A stretch of 64,000 bases of DNA from assembly GCA_043228905.1 (NCBI GenBank), contig JBHGNT010000015.1, positions 15,500,001 to 15,564,000 of the forward strand, given 5' to 3'. Within the stretch, counting starts at the first letter, position 1. Every line of letters starts with the position of its first letter. This document shows positions 35,658 to 48,303 of this stretch, piece by piece. The notes under the pieces were generated by a model. The model worked only from the letters and a program-made list of their open reading frames with translations. It ran no database searches and was not told where the DNA came from. The translations under genes and the position numbers were made by a program. The stretch is from Azolla caroliniana. Its lineage: Eukaryota > Plantae > Polypodiophyta.

Positions 35658-38600
35658 TGTTGAGCAAGCAAACTCAACCAGATCCGGATCGGTTGAATAA
35701 GCTAGAGCCAAATTGGTGCCCGGATGGTATCCGAAACCAAGAGCCGGATCAGACAGTCAGATCGGATTGAAACCGGTAGGCCGTTGGAGGCCTACGGATC
35801 TAGCCTAGTACGTAGGCATAGTTTTGGGAGTCAGTGTCAATCGCTCGTACCTGCCAATACTTCTGTCAGTCCTTTATGGACTTGTATAAAAGTGCTCTCT
35901 TAGCACATTATATGTACACAGAGAGGATTATTATTTTTTGAATTGAGTTTATGTTCTGTTCTCTCTCTCTGTCTCTCCCGTGTATTCTCTCTGTAAGCTC
36001 TCCATTAAACATTCTTCTCTACATTCTGTTGGTATCCGGCTGAGCTGGTTTGTCATACGCTTCCACATATTAACTTTCACATGGTATCAGAGCGCGAGGG
36101 TTGAGACTCCTTTGAAGCCGACACATGCTTTCAAAGACAAACCTTAACACCTAGTGAAGAATAGAAGAGAACCAAGATGGATAGAGGTATGGCAAGTTCG
36201 CTTCCCATAAAAAGGCTCGATTGGAGCAACTATGCATCCTAGTCATATAAAATGCACCAGTACCTATTGGAGCATGGTTGCTGGAGCTATGTGGAAGGAG
36301 CGAACAATATAGCGCCAGAGCCGACACACAAGAACTTCCCGGCATGGGAACAAGGAGCGAGCAGAGTGTTGTACTGCCTCGCATCGTGTGTGCACGATCA
36401 AATGCTCGGCTACGTCAAGGATGCAAAAACACCGAAGGAGGCCTGGGAAAATCTTTTGAAGATTTTCGCCGCAAGTACCACAAGTCATAAGTTGCAGCTC
36501 CGGCAAGAGTTGAACAACATCCGGTAGAGAGATATGTCGGTTATGGAGTACACCACCAAAATAAAGGAGATTTGTGACGTTGTCGCGTTGTTATGCGTGT
36601 GCTTGGAGAAAGGCGGGACCACGGGGGTCTTGGACTAGGGAGTGACGGAGCGTAGGAAGTCGTGCTTCACCGTCTCCGGGGATCCCAGAAGAACACCGGA
36701 AGCGACCGGAGGGAGAGAGAGAAAGAGAGGGAGCGTGCTTAACACCGACTCACTCACACACACTTACACACACACACATGTTGACCCGCCTCACGCCCTT
36801 ATGTATAGGAAACGCAGGAAAGGGGAAACACCCGACACCAACATAGACGCGAATATACACAGACAGACGCAAATTTATATATATAAACAGAAGAATACAT
36901 TCCTGGCTTTGAGTCGGACCAAGATAGCTTGCAACAATCGTCCGCTGTCAAGCCGCCGTCGGGGAGCTCTCGGGCCCGTCGCGCCGAGCGGGGTCTTGCA
37001 CAGGAGATGAGCTGCAGCAAACCCTAAGCGAACACAAAGGGGGAGAAGAAGAAGAAACTAACTCTAAACCTAACGGTATACCCTCTAATGCAAAATGGGC
37101 AACCCTTTCACAAAGGGCGTTCCCTTCCTTTTATAGAACAAGGAAAGGGATGCGTTACAATGTGGGACAAATCCTGACTTACATGGGATCGTCTGTCCCG
37201 ACTTGACTACTCTTCGGCGCCATAAAGGCGCCCTCGATATTCACACTAAATGTACATGGGTGCATACACACGTTGCACCCCGCCGATGTAGCCAATGTTC
37301 CCGGTTTCCGCCTCTGGCCGAAATTCTTCACGACATCCGCCCACACCTAACTGCACGTCCACCGGTACGTGCCAAATCTGGTTGAAGGGTGAGAGATTTC
37401 GGCCGGCGAGAAACCGGTCTTCCGTGATCCGCATCCCGGCTCGTTGCCGATTTGATTCGTCGGCTCCGAGTCTTCCTTCGCGCTCGCCTCTCCATAGGCT
37501 CGTCGACCTGTCGATGGGTCCTCTGCCGCGATCTCCGTAGTATGCGTACTTCCGTTGGCCCTTGTTCGGCCGTATGAACGCCCTGCTTCCCGCCATATGC
37601 CCGATATCCTCTGCTTGAGGCATGCCTGTAGTGGCCCGCTTGGCCTTCGTTGATCATCCACGTCGTCCTGATTGCTGTCCCATGTCGTTTCGCGTTGCCC
37701 TCGTCCTCTCACCGCCACCTTCCTTCTCCATGGTCTTACATCGCCGCGTCGGCTCGAACCGCCATGGTCTCTGAAACGGTGTGGAGGATCCCTTCCCGGC
37801 CTTCTCCGCGCTACCTTCGAACCGCGCAACCTGTCTCCGCGCTCGCCTTTCCGCTCTGGCACCTCCATGTGCCACATACCCTCGTCCGTTGCTTGGCACT
37901 GCCTGTGTTGCACTACTCGTCGGCCCCTTTTCCGGCTAGATCGTGCCTCGCCGCTCACCCGCATACCGGTGTCCTTTGCATCCGGGGAACACCCCGTAGT
38001 AGCCCACTTGGCCCTTCCCGTCTTCGTGCTGCTACAATAGGTCCTGAGTCTTCCGCTTGCCATCGTCCCCTCACCCCACCGGCTTGTCATCCCGGCTTGC
38101 CGTGTCAGTCTTCGCTACTTCGACGGAGCTATCGAGATCTACGAAGCGAGTGTGGAGGATCCTCCTCTGGCCTCTCTTGCCATCCCCTGACTCCGACCCT
38201 GTGCAGTCCACTAGGCACTTGTCACCTCGTTCCCGGCACCTCCCTTGTGCCGTCTTTCACTTCCTTCGTTCGGCCCCGCCCGCGCCGAACACCGTCCCAT
38301 AGTCACGCTTCGATCCGGCCTGCGATGGCCATTTGCGAGACTCCTGTTCTGTTCCAGGTGTGTCCTTCCGGCCTGACACACCTCCCCGTGTTGGCCCCTA
38401 CCGGCTCCTTCCGAAACCTTGTGTCGTCGGGTCTTGTTCCCTGCCGCCACCAACCTTCTCTCTCGGTCTCATGTTGCCACGTTAGCCGATCAGCCGAGGT
38501 CTCCGGATCGGTGTGAGGGTCCCATAGGACCGGACTCCGTTTCTATGCCTGCCGTCAATCGGGTGTCTTTTGTGTAGTCGGGTCCCGTTTCCCACCGCCA

Positions 38601-38703
38601 CCTTCCTTCTCCCTCGGTCTTACGTTGCCACGTTGGCCGAACAGCCGGAGTCTCCGGTTAAGTGTGGGGATCCCGTAGGACCGGACTTCCTTACGCCCAT
38701 AGC

Positions 38704-39266
38704 CTTCGTCACCTTGCCGCCACCGTCAGTATCTTGGTCTTACATCGACCGCATTGCCGACTGCCGAAGTCTCTAGCACCGGTGTGAAGAATCCTCCGTA
38801 GGCGTTCGTCGCCTTCTCGACCCTGTCCCGGGTCGTCCTTTTCCGCATGCCGAGAGGGCGTTTTGTTCCGCACCCTCTCCCGTGGTACCGACATACCGTC
38901 TCCTCGGCCTCTCCGTAGGCCCTTTTCCTTCGTCACCTCGCCGCCACCGTCAGTATCTTGGTCTTACGTCGACCGCGTTACCAATTGCCGAAGTCTCTAG
39001 CACCGGTGTGAAGGATCCTCCGTAGGCGTTCGTCGCCTTCTCGACCCTGTCCCGGGTCGTCCTTTTCCGCATGCCGAGAGGGCGTTTTGTTCCGCACCCT
39101 CTCCCATGGTACCAACGTACCGTCTCCTCAGCCTCTCCGTAGGCCCTTTTCCTTCGTCACCTCGCCGCCACCGTCAGTATCTTGGTCTTACGTCGACCGC
39201 GTTGTCGACTGCCGAAGTCTCTAGCACCGGTGTGAAGGATCCTCCGTAGGCGTTCGTCGCCTTCTC
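38704..39266. repeat. 224-bp tandem repeat, ~2.5 copies, inside G
   Basis: cttcgtcacc.. starts at 38704, 38928 and 39152. Confidence 0.9.
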
Positions 39267-40120
39267 TTCCCTAATCTCGACCTTCGCCCGGTCGGTCTTT
39301 CTCCCCATGTAAAAGAGGGCGGCTCGTCCCGCACCCTCTCCCGTATCGGCACCTTCATGCCGAATCCGGCCCCGATCGAACGATCCACGATCGGATTTTG
39401 CTCCATCCGCATCGGAATGCCGATCTCCTCATGTCGTGTCCCTTCTCGGCCTCCTCGCAGGCCGTTTCCTATCCGTCTTCGCTGGCATCGTGCCAGGACT
39501 CCTTGGTACCGCCATCCATCTCCTCGGTCTTACCTGGCCATACGGGCCCGAATGCCGAGTTCTCCGGAATCGAGTCCGTGGGCTTTCGTCCGCTCCTTCC
39601 CCGTATCGTCTCGCCGGTGATTCTTGGTCTATCGCCACCGCCTTCCTCCGCTTGGGACTCACGTGGGCACTCGGGCCCGACTGCCATCTTCTCGAGAGCA
39701 AATGTGGGAAGACACAAAGAATCGCCCGTCCGTTTTACGCCCTTGTCCGTAGCCACCGACTCTTCGTGGTCGGCGGTCGTCTTCTTACCGATCGCGCAAG
39801 CCCCGTCTTGGCTTGCTTCTCCAACGACCGGGGTCTCGGGCTGACATGCCCGAAACCGTTGGTCCTACCGTTCCGGTTCCGCGATCTGTATCTCGGCCTC
39901 GTCCTTGGCCGTTCTATCTCCGCAAGTCGAGAGGGCGTTTTGTTCCGCACCCTCTCCTGTGGTACTGTCGTACCGATCTTCCGCCGTCGCGTGGGGCAAG
40001 TCCGTCTTCTCAGTCCCGGCTTGCGGCCTCCGTCTTTCCTCCTCCTCGAGCATCGCCTCGAGAGCTGCGTACGCCTCCGCAATCCTGGCCCCAACGCCGA
40101 CCCTTGCCGACTTTTGACGT

Positions 40121-40501
40121 CATAACTAAAGTTTGCCCTAAGTCATATTTATACTATTATGACTTTTCGGCTATTTACAAATATAGCCACGATGGACTCT
40201 CAGAAACATATTTACAAATATGTCTCTTCATCCGGTGAGCACTCCTCACCGGGTCTGCACCATCCGGCTCTCCGTAGCCGGGTACTCTTCATCCGGTTCT
40301 CACCGGGTTTGCACCATCCGGCTCTCCGTAGCTGGGTACTCCTCATCCGATTCTCACTGGGTCTGCACCATCCGGCTCTCCGTAGCCGGGTACTCTTCAT
40401 CCGGTTCTCACTGGGTCTTCACCATCTGGCTCTCCGTATCCGGTACTCTTCATCCGGTTCTCACCGGTTCTTCACCATCCGGAGGGACCTGTTTCCTAAC
40501 A
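40121..40501 (-). mobile_element. Captured U3/TATA half of an A/D-group Copia LTR inside G, with a 54-bp tandem repeat (~4 copies)
   Basis: Matches the 5990-6240 and 16400-16652 motifs (gtttgccctaagtcatatttatac, ggctatttacaaatatagcc, catccggagggac..cctaaca); no TSD. Confidence 0.9.
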
Positions 40502-41242
40502 ACGAGTCAGACCGACGCGAGTTCGACTCCGAGGGAAGCGGTGACGGGACTGAGAAGACTCTCTTTGCCGTTCGGCCTCTTCCCGCTGTGATGGCACGCC
40601 GTCGCGCGCCTTCCTCTTAGCCTTCTCGGCTCGCTCATCATCTAGCCGTTGGCACACCCTTCTGACCTTCGACCAGTCCTCCGTAAGCCCATTCGCTCTG
40701 TCATCGTCTTCGAGCTCAATCCCGATGGCTTCCCGTTCCGCTCGGTCGATCGACCTGACGAACAAAAGGACTTTGTCTGCCCCCACCAAACCTTGTTCCC
40801 GCTCTGGGAGCCGAGCAAGACGTCGCTCGAACTTTCGGAACGCCTTCGTCGTGCCCCGGTGGGTCTTTGCCGATGCTACCCACTGGTCGAAGTCGTGCCG
40901 TCCCCGGCTCTTCCGCCGTCCTGCGTATGCCTTCAGGAGCGCCTCTTCGAAGGCCTCCCACGAACTATGAGCCTCACGGAGCTCCTTTACTTCCGCATGC
41001 ATCCGGACAGCTACGACCCGACAGAAGAACTCCAGCCTCAACGCCTCGTCTACGCCACGCTCCTCCATTTCCGCGTTGTAGGCTTCCAAGTAAGATGGGA
41101 CTTTGTCCCCGTTGAAACGGCCGACTCTTTCGACCACTCGCTCAACCGCCTGTTGCGCTGCTTCTCGCCTCATCACCACTCGTGCTGACTCCAACACCAC
41201 TTCGGCCACCATCTCCGCAAGGTCGTCGTCTTCCGACTCCAT
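40496..41242 (-). CDS. Truncated Gag (capsid-like N-terminal part) of element G, 248 aa
   Basis: GRFNGDKVPSYLEAYNAEM, HAEVKELR, VLLFVRSID and GLTEDW align to E Gag; no zinc knuckle. Confidence 0.85.
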   Translation of the reverse strand: MESEDDDLAEMVAEVVLESARVVMRREAAQQAVERVVERVGRFNGDKVPSYLEAYNAEMEERGVDEALRLEFFCRVVAVRMHAEVKELREAHSSWEAFEEALLKAYAGRRKSRGRHDFDQWVASAKTHRGTTKAFRKFERRLARLPEREQGLVGADKVLLFVRSIDRAEREAIGIELEDDDRANGLTEDWSKVRRVCQRLDDERAEKAKRKARDGVPSQREEAERQRESSQSRHRFPRSRTRVGLTRC

Positions 41243-42562
41243 CCTCCATTGCCGCCTTTCATGTCGGGTTCACCAAATATGTCGCGTTGTTACGCGCGTG
41301 CGTGGAGAAAGGCGGGACCACGGGGGTCTTGGACTAGGGAGTGACGGAGCGTAGGAAGTCGTGCTTCACCGTTTCCGGGGATCCCAGAAGAACACCGGAA
41401 GCGACCGGAGGGAGAGAGGGAGCGCGCTTAACACCGACTCACTCACACACACTCACACACACACACATGCTGACGCGCCTCACACCCTTATGTACAGGAA
41501 ACGCTGGAAAGGGGAAACACCCGACACCAACATAGACGCGAATATACACAGACAGACGCAAATGTATATATATAAACAGAAGAATACATTCCCGGCTTCG
41601 AGCCGAACCAAGATAGCTTACAACAATCGTCCGCTGTCAAGCCGCCGTCGGGGAGCTCTCGGGCCCGTCGCGCCGAGCGGGGTCTTGCACAGGAGATGAG
41701 CTGCAGCAAACCCTAAGTGAACACGAAGGGGGAGAAGAAGAAGAAACTAACTCTAAACCTAATGGTATACCCTCTAATGCAAAATGGGCAACCCTTTCAC
41801 AAAGGGCGTTCCCTTCCTTTTATAGAACAAGGAAAGGGATGCGTTACAATGTGGGACAAATCCCGACTTACATGGGATCGTCTGTCCCGACTTGACTACT
41901 CTTCGGCGCCATAAAGGCACCCTCGATATTCACACTAAATGTACATGGGTGCGTACACACGCTGCATCCCGCCGATGTAGCCAATGTTCCCGGTTTCCGC
42001 CTCTGGCCGAAATTCTTCACGACAACGCGCTCGGGTCCATCAATGTGACGGTGGACGATGATGAAGTGGCATAAGTCTGCCTTGGTGGTCTAGCACAATG
42101 GTACGGGCAAATTTGCACTAGGAGAAGCCACCGTCCTTCTTCAACCTACAATCGATGATGAAGGTCAAAGAAAACCACACGAGTGGGTTGAGGACCACTC
42201 AACCAGACAACCGGATGTTGTACACGGAGGCGGACCGACCGCGTGGGTGTGGAGGACGAGTGTCATGATATGGCAAGACTTGAACCCATGATCTTATGTT
42301 GCATGGGTCAAGCTCTTGACCATTACACTATATGTTGTAATACAAAAAATATTATTTTTATTTAAGTTTTACTATAGAAAATTGATGTATATTCTAGATT
42401 TCTCTAGAACATCCTAGAAACTTCAGGAGTACTCTGGAGAACACTATAAAAGGAGGCAGAAGGCATTATTTTGAACCAAATCGGTTCAACACCAGTCTTA
42501 AGCATCCTAGCTACTATTGTATATTCTCTTAACATAACATATATCTTTTGTTATCATTATTA

Positions 42563-42596
<34 letters not shown>

Positions 42597-42789
42597 ACTC
42601 ACTCTTTCTTTCTCTCGAGAGTTCTACACCTCCCTTAGTACTAATCCTCATCTTTTAGTACTAATTCCTTCTCTGTCTTAGTACTGTTCCTAACAGTTTG
42701 AACTGATTTTCCTCCTTCCTTCTCTTCCTTTATCTTCTTTCTTCTCCCTCCCTTTATACTAATCTCTTATTCCTCTTTTCTCTCATACT

Positions 42790-45700
42790 ATGGCCATTGT
42801 TAGCACTCAAGAATATCAATCCGTTTTTTCGGAGTTGCAATGCTTGAAAGAGAAGTTTCTCACATTGGAACAAGAAAATCAACGACAGTTTGTTGGGGGA
42901 GCTTCAACAAATCTCCTTAGAGAAGCAGCAAACGCAACAACAACATGGGGAACTAGCATTATGCATGCAACAACTCGAAGCAACCATAGTTGCGATGCAA
43001 CAACAAGGACCCAGTACGCAAGGGGTTCATAAAGATCCCAAGATTGGCCTTCCCATGAAATTTGATGGAACGTGATCGCAGTTTAGAGGATTCCTTAATC
43101 ATGTACGATTAGTCATTCAAATGCATCCTTCCCGATATCCTAGCGATGACTCACGAGTGAGTTTAGTGGGCACGTTGTTAAGTGGCTTAGCTTTGGCATG
43201 GTTCGCTCCATTGATAGAAAAGGAATCTCCTTTACTAAACAATTTTGAAGAATTTTTAAGTGAGTTTAAGGCCTATTTTGGAGATACTGACAGCATAAGA
43301 AAAACAATCAACAAAATCCGACGATTATGCCAAGGTGATCGTCCAGCCTTTGCATACGCTGCAGATTTCCACCTACTCACCTCCGATATCCCCTAGGATG
43401 ATCAAGCACTTATGGAACAATTTCTTTATGGTCTACGTAACGATGTCAATGATTTACTCTTGACCTTCCCCGAAGAACCAAAGTCATTGACAGAAGCAAT
43501 CAGTCACGCAGTGAGATGCGACAACCATCTTTTCGAACGACGTTCGGAATGTCAGTTCCAGATGCCAAGGGCAAGATCAGAGCCCACCTATGCCTCAGTG
43601 GTAGCAAAACCTTTTCCAAGGGAGTCATATAATGCGTCTCCAGTGAATACTCCAACTCCGATGGAAATTGACACTACATGTCGTCGCAGACCATTATCGG
43701 AAGAAGAAGAGCAGCGAAGCCGAGCAAATCGACTATGTCTTTATTGCGGTGGACCAAGGCATATTGTAGTGAACTATCCCCATAGGCCAAGAAGACAGGT
43801 GAACCAAATAGTTGCTAGTTCTAATTGTACTAAACCCGAGTCTATTTCAGTAGGAATATCTGATAGTCCTAATAGTACTAATAGCCCAAATTTATCGAAC
43901 AAAATTGATGTCCTTAGTAAGTTAGAAGAAGACTTAAACGACTAAGTCCAGCCAAAATAGGAGTCGTTTGGTTGGACAACCCTAGATTTGTGCAGCCCAG
44001 TAGTTTCCATTCCCTCTAAGCAAGTTAGCAATGTGTTCTTAGCCCAAGTAATAGTTAGTACTAAAAGTACCTCTACAGTACATGTCTCAGCACTCCTAGA
44101 TTCCATAGCTAATTCTTGCTTCATGGATAGCAATTTTGCCCAAGCTCATCAGATATCCCTAAGAAAACTCCCGTGTCCAGCCTCTGTAGTAGTCATTGAT
44201 GGTTGTTTAATTGCTTCCGGAAATATCATAGAAGAGTCAGAGCCCGTTAATATTGTCCTAGGTAATTTAGAGTGTGTAGTATCCTTTAATATAATTAGTA
44301 TCCCAGAACATTCCATTGTTTTGGGATTACCATGGTTCGAATTACATAACCCAGACATAGATTGGAGAACAAGAGAAATCCGGTATCGGCAAACCCAAGG
44401 ATCTACTCATAAGATTGCAACCATTTCGCTACATCAGTTGCGTGAGGAAGGACGCAAGGAAGAAATTTTTCTCTTCGCAGTATCAGTAAAACCCTCCAAC
44501 ACCACCAAAGAGGAGTTCACCATTCAACTTCCAGAGAAGTATCGTCATTATGCTTATGTGTTCGATAAAGTACAAGACAATACGCTTCCTCACCATCAAC
44601 CGTACGATTGCCCCATCGATTTACAACCAGGAAAAGAGCCACCATGGGGACCGATCTACAATTTGTCACCAACCGACCTAGAAGTCCTTCGAGCCTATAT
44701 AGAGGAGAATTTGGCAAATGGTTTCATTCGACATTTGAAATCTCCAGCCGGCGCATCCATTTTCTTCGTCAAGAAAAAGGATGGATCATTTCGTCTCATC
44801 GTAGATTACCGTGGCTTGAATAAGGTCACCATCAGGAATAGGTACACACTTCCCCTTATCTCAAGTCTTTTAGAATGGATCAATGGTGCAAGGTTCTTCA
44901 CAAAGATCGACTTACTAGGGGCATATAACCTCGTACGGATCCGACCAGGAGATGAATGGAAGACCGCGTTTTGCACCAGATATGGGCACTTCAAGTATAC
45001 GGTCCTGCCATTCGGCCTCACTAATGCGATAACAGTCTTCTAGCACATGACAAATGATATATTTCAAGATCTCTTGGATGTTTGTTTGATCATCTATTTG
45101 GATGATCTACTGGTTTATTCGAAGACCCAAGAAGAGCATGATTCTCATGTACTATTAGTACTAAAACGACTTCGAGAACATGGTCTTTATGCAAAGCTGG
45201 AAAAATGTAGTTTAGAGTGCAAACAGGTAGAATTACTGGGCTATGTCATTTCCTCGGAAGGCATCTCCATGGATCCAGCTAAGGTCAAAATGGTGGTAGA
45301 GTGGCAGACTCCGTGTTCGTTGCGAGATGTGCAATGCTTTTTAGGCCTTGCCAATTTATATTGCAAGTTTATACAAGATGACTCAAAGCTTGTTCTGCCT
45401 CTCACATAGCTCACCAGGAAGGGACAATTGTTCATTTGGTGACGAAGCAGACATGGCTTTTGAGAGTCTTAAGAAGGCATTTATATCAGCTCCTATTATG
45501 GCTCATGTTGATCTGGAAAAACCATTCATCATCGAAGCAAACGCGTTGGATTTCGTGTTGGGTAGAATTCTATCACAACAAGGCGATGATGAAAAGCTCC
45601 ATCTTGTGGCTTTCCACTCACACAAGTTTGACGCCGCCAAAATCAACTATGAAATTCATAATAAGGAGCTATTAGCAATATTGGACTCTTTTACGCAATG

Positions 45701-48000
45701 GAGGCATTTGCTAGAGGGATCTTCTCATCAAGTCACCGTATTCAGTGATCACAAAAACCTTGCCTACTTTCAGAATGCTCCTGTGTTAAATCAACGTCAA
45801 GCTCGGTGCGCCCAACACCTCACTCATTTTGACTTCAAAATTACATATCGTTCGGGGAAGCAACAAGGGAAGGCAGATGCATTATCATGGCGCTCGTATC
45901 TAGCACTGCGTCCTGGCGAGCCAACTTTTGATAACCAAAAGCAAGTAATCCTGGGACCATCACGACTGCTAGCAACGTAGGTCTTCAGTATGCCTTTGGA
46001 TTCCCATGTTATCGATACCATACATGAGGACTTGAAGACAGATGCTTTCGCCCAAGCCATTCTAGCACAAATTGATCCCTCTCGAGCATCTTGTTCACAG
46101 TCGCAACAATTAGGTACGGACTATCGACAATTCAAAAGTCATGATGGATTACTATTCTTTAAGAAACTCTTGTATGTTCCTAATGGTTCTTGTCGACTTC
46201 GAGTAGTCCAAAACTGTCATGACACATATACATCTCGGCATTTTGGTAGTACTAAAACATTAGATTTAGTACAACGATCATTTTGGTGGCCCCATATGTG
46301 TTAGGAAGCAAGTCCCACCGGATGGGAAGTAAGAAGAACTGGAAATCGTGGAGATAGCCAACACGGAAGGGCTAAACTTGTAAATAGTCGAAAGGTTACA
46401 TTGGTATATAAGTACATATGGCAATCATGTTATGCGTGTGTATTATTGTAAAGTTACTGTTGTCGAGGTCGTGGCCTCTGTAACCGTGAGAGAAAACGAG
46501 TGTGAGTGGAAGCGAGTGGGCTCCATAGCCGCCTGTTGGCGAAGCAGGATCTCGAGGTCGTTGCCTCTGAGATCTCTGATTGTATTCCTTTCTCTCATAG
46601 TGTTCTGTTTCGGAGTTTGTGGACTCCACCTGGTTTTTTCCCCGTTCGGATTTCCACGTTAAAATTTGTGTCGTTCTCAGTTTTCTGTATTCTGTTTTTC
46701 CTTTCATTAGATTGACTATTATTCCGCACATATACAACCGGTTGTGGCCAGCAACGATTTGAACTACAATATGCGACAATTTGTCGAAGATTTTGTTCAG
46801 ACTTGTGATACATGTTGCAAAGCAAAAATGCCAAGGCATCATCCATATGGTTTATTAGAACCATTACCAATTCCAAGAAAGTCGTGGCAATCCATTGCTC
46901 TAGATTTCAACACAAATCTTCCGGTCTCTAAGGGATTCGATGTGATCTTAACAGTAGTAGATCGATATACGAAGATGGCCCATTTCCTGCCATATACTAA
47001 GGAAATCTCTAGTGAGGAAACCATTGAAACTGTCATGCGTGAAATATGTCGGCATCATGGCCTTCCCGATAGTATCATCAGCGACCGTGGACCCCAGTTC
47101 GTCTCGAAATTTTGGAAGCACCTCTTTAAAATGCTCAAGGTCACTTGTAACCTCTCCTCCAGCTACCACCCGCAAACAGACGACCAAGCAGAACAAACAA
47201 ATCAAACGTTGGAGCAGTATCTTCAGTGCTTTCTAAGCTATCATCAAGATGATTGGGTGAATATTCTCCATTTCACTGAATTTACATATAATAACTTTGT
47301 CCACTCATCGACAAAGGTTAAACCATTTTATGCTTATACAGGCTATCACCCCCGGTGGTGTGTATTTGAAACCCCAGAGTTACCCACAAATCCTGGTGCA
47401 GAGGATCGTTTGGAGTGGTTACACAAGATACAAGCGGATTTATCTACTCATCTACAACAAGCTCAACAAACACACAAGGTTTACGCGGATCGTCATCAGG
47501 TTCGATCCAGTTTTAACATTGGAGATCGGGTATGGCTACTACGATGACACATAAAGACCACTCGCCCATGCGAGAAGTTGGATTATCGGCGATTAAGTCC
47601 TTTCCGTATTATCGGAAAAATTAATGATATTGCTTTTCGTCTCGATCTACCTCCACAACTCTAGATATATTCGGTGTTTCATAGTTCTCTCCTCGAACCC
47701 TATCAAGACAGCACCATCCCAGGTCATATTAAACAACCTCCACCCCCGATCCAACTTGAAGATGAACTTGAGTATGAGGTTGCCGCCATCCTCAATTCCA
47801 AGATTGTTCGCAAGAAGCTCTACTACTTAGTCGATTGGCTAGGATATAGTCCCAACGAGTGTATTTGGGAACCAGTAGAGAATGTGACCAATGCTCGTGC
47901 TCTTCTTGAAGACTTCCATCGTCAATATCCAGACAAATCGGGTCCTCAATCTAAAACGACTCGTGACACTCGTCGTTTTAAAGGGGGGATAGTGTCATGA
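42790..48000 (+). pseudogene. gag-pol of chromovirus I with C-terminal chromodomain
   Basis: KFDGT, PTPMEID, LCLYCG; ALLDS; KIDLLGAYNLVRI, IYLDD; SDRGPQF, YHPQTD; chromodomain EYEVAAIL..YYLVDWLGY..WEP (47770-47925). Confidence 0.93.
46299..46768 (+). mobile_element. Solo LTR of the A/D Copia group in the integrase of I
   Basis: tgttaggaagcaagtcccaccggatggg..aca; TSD ATATG at 46294-46298 and 46769-46773. Confidence 0.92.
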
Positions 48001-48303
48001 TATGGCAAAACTTGAACCCATGACCCATATCAAAACTTAAACCCATGACCTTATGTTACATGGATCGAGCTCTTGACCATTACACTATATGTTATAATAC
48101 AAAAGATATTATTTTCATTTAAGTTTTACTCTAGAAAATTTATGTATATTCCAGATTTCTCTGGAACATTCTAGAAACATCAGGAGTACTCCTGAGAACA
48201 CTATAAAAGGAGGCACAATGCATTATTTCGAACCAAATCGGTTCAACGCCATTCTTAAGCCTCCTAGCTACTATTGTATATTCTCTTAACATAATATATA
48301 TCT

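Larger units (their letters stand above)
36581..42024 (-). mobile_element. Non-autonomous Gag-only (TR-GAG-like) LTR element G of the Trp-primed Gypsy group
   Basis: LTRs 36581-37335 and 41280-42024; PBS-Trp 41258-41275; 4-bp TSD ACGT (36577-36580) / ACGC (42025-42028); no PR, RT or INT motifs inside. Confidence 0.93.
35658..42260 (+). mobile_element. Copia F (B/C family): 5' LTR 35658-36081, PBS 36082-36093, gag from 36177; interrupted by G and I; remainder absent
   Basis: TG..CA LTR followed by tggtatcagagc; gag resumes at 42025 (D-ALGSINV). Confidence 0.9.
42261..48303 (+). mobile_element. Chromovirus Gypsy I (Tcn1-like), decayed; 3' LTR truncated by K
   Basis: 5' LTR 42261-42695; 3' LTR from 47993; PPT aaaggggggatag 47980-47992; no tRNA PBS. 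Confidence 0.93.

Noticed and set aside
33589-36081. LTR at 35658 as the 3' LTR of the upstream pol fragment
   Set aside because: No PPT, RNase H is cut mid-domain, and a PBS plus gag follow, so it is the 5' LTR of a later insertion.
37347-40125. env-like or captured host gene in G (ORFs of 230-290 aa)
   Set aside because: Low-complexity Arg/Pro/Ser translations; the 224-bp repeat breaks frame; no signal peptide or transmembrane pattern recognised.
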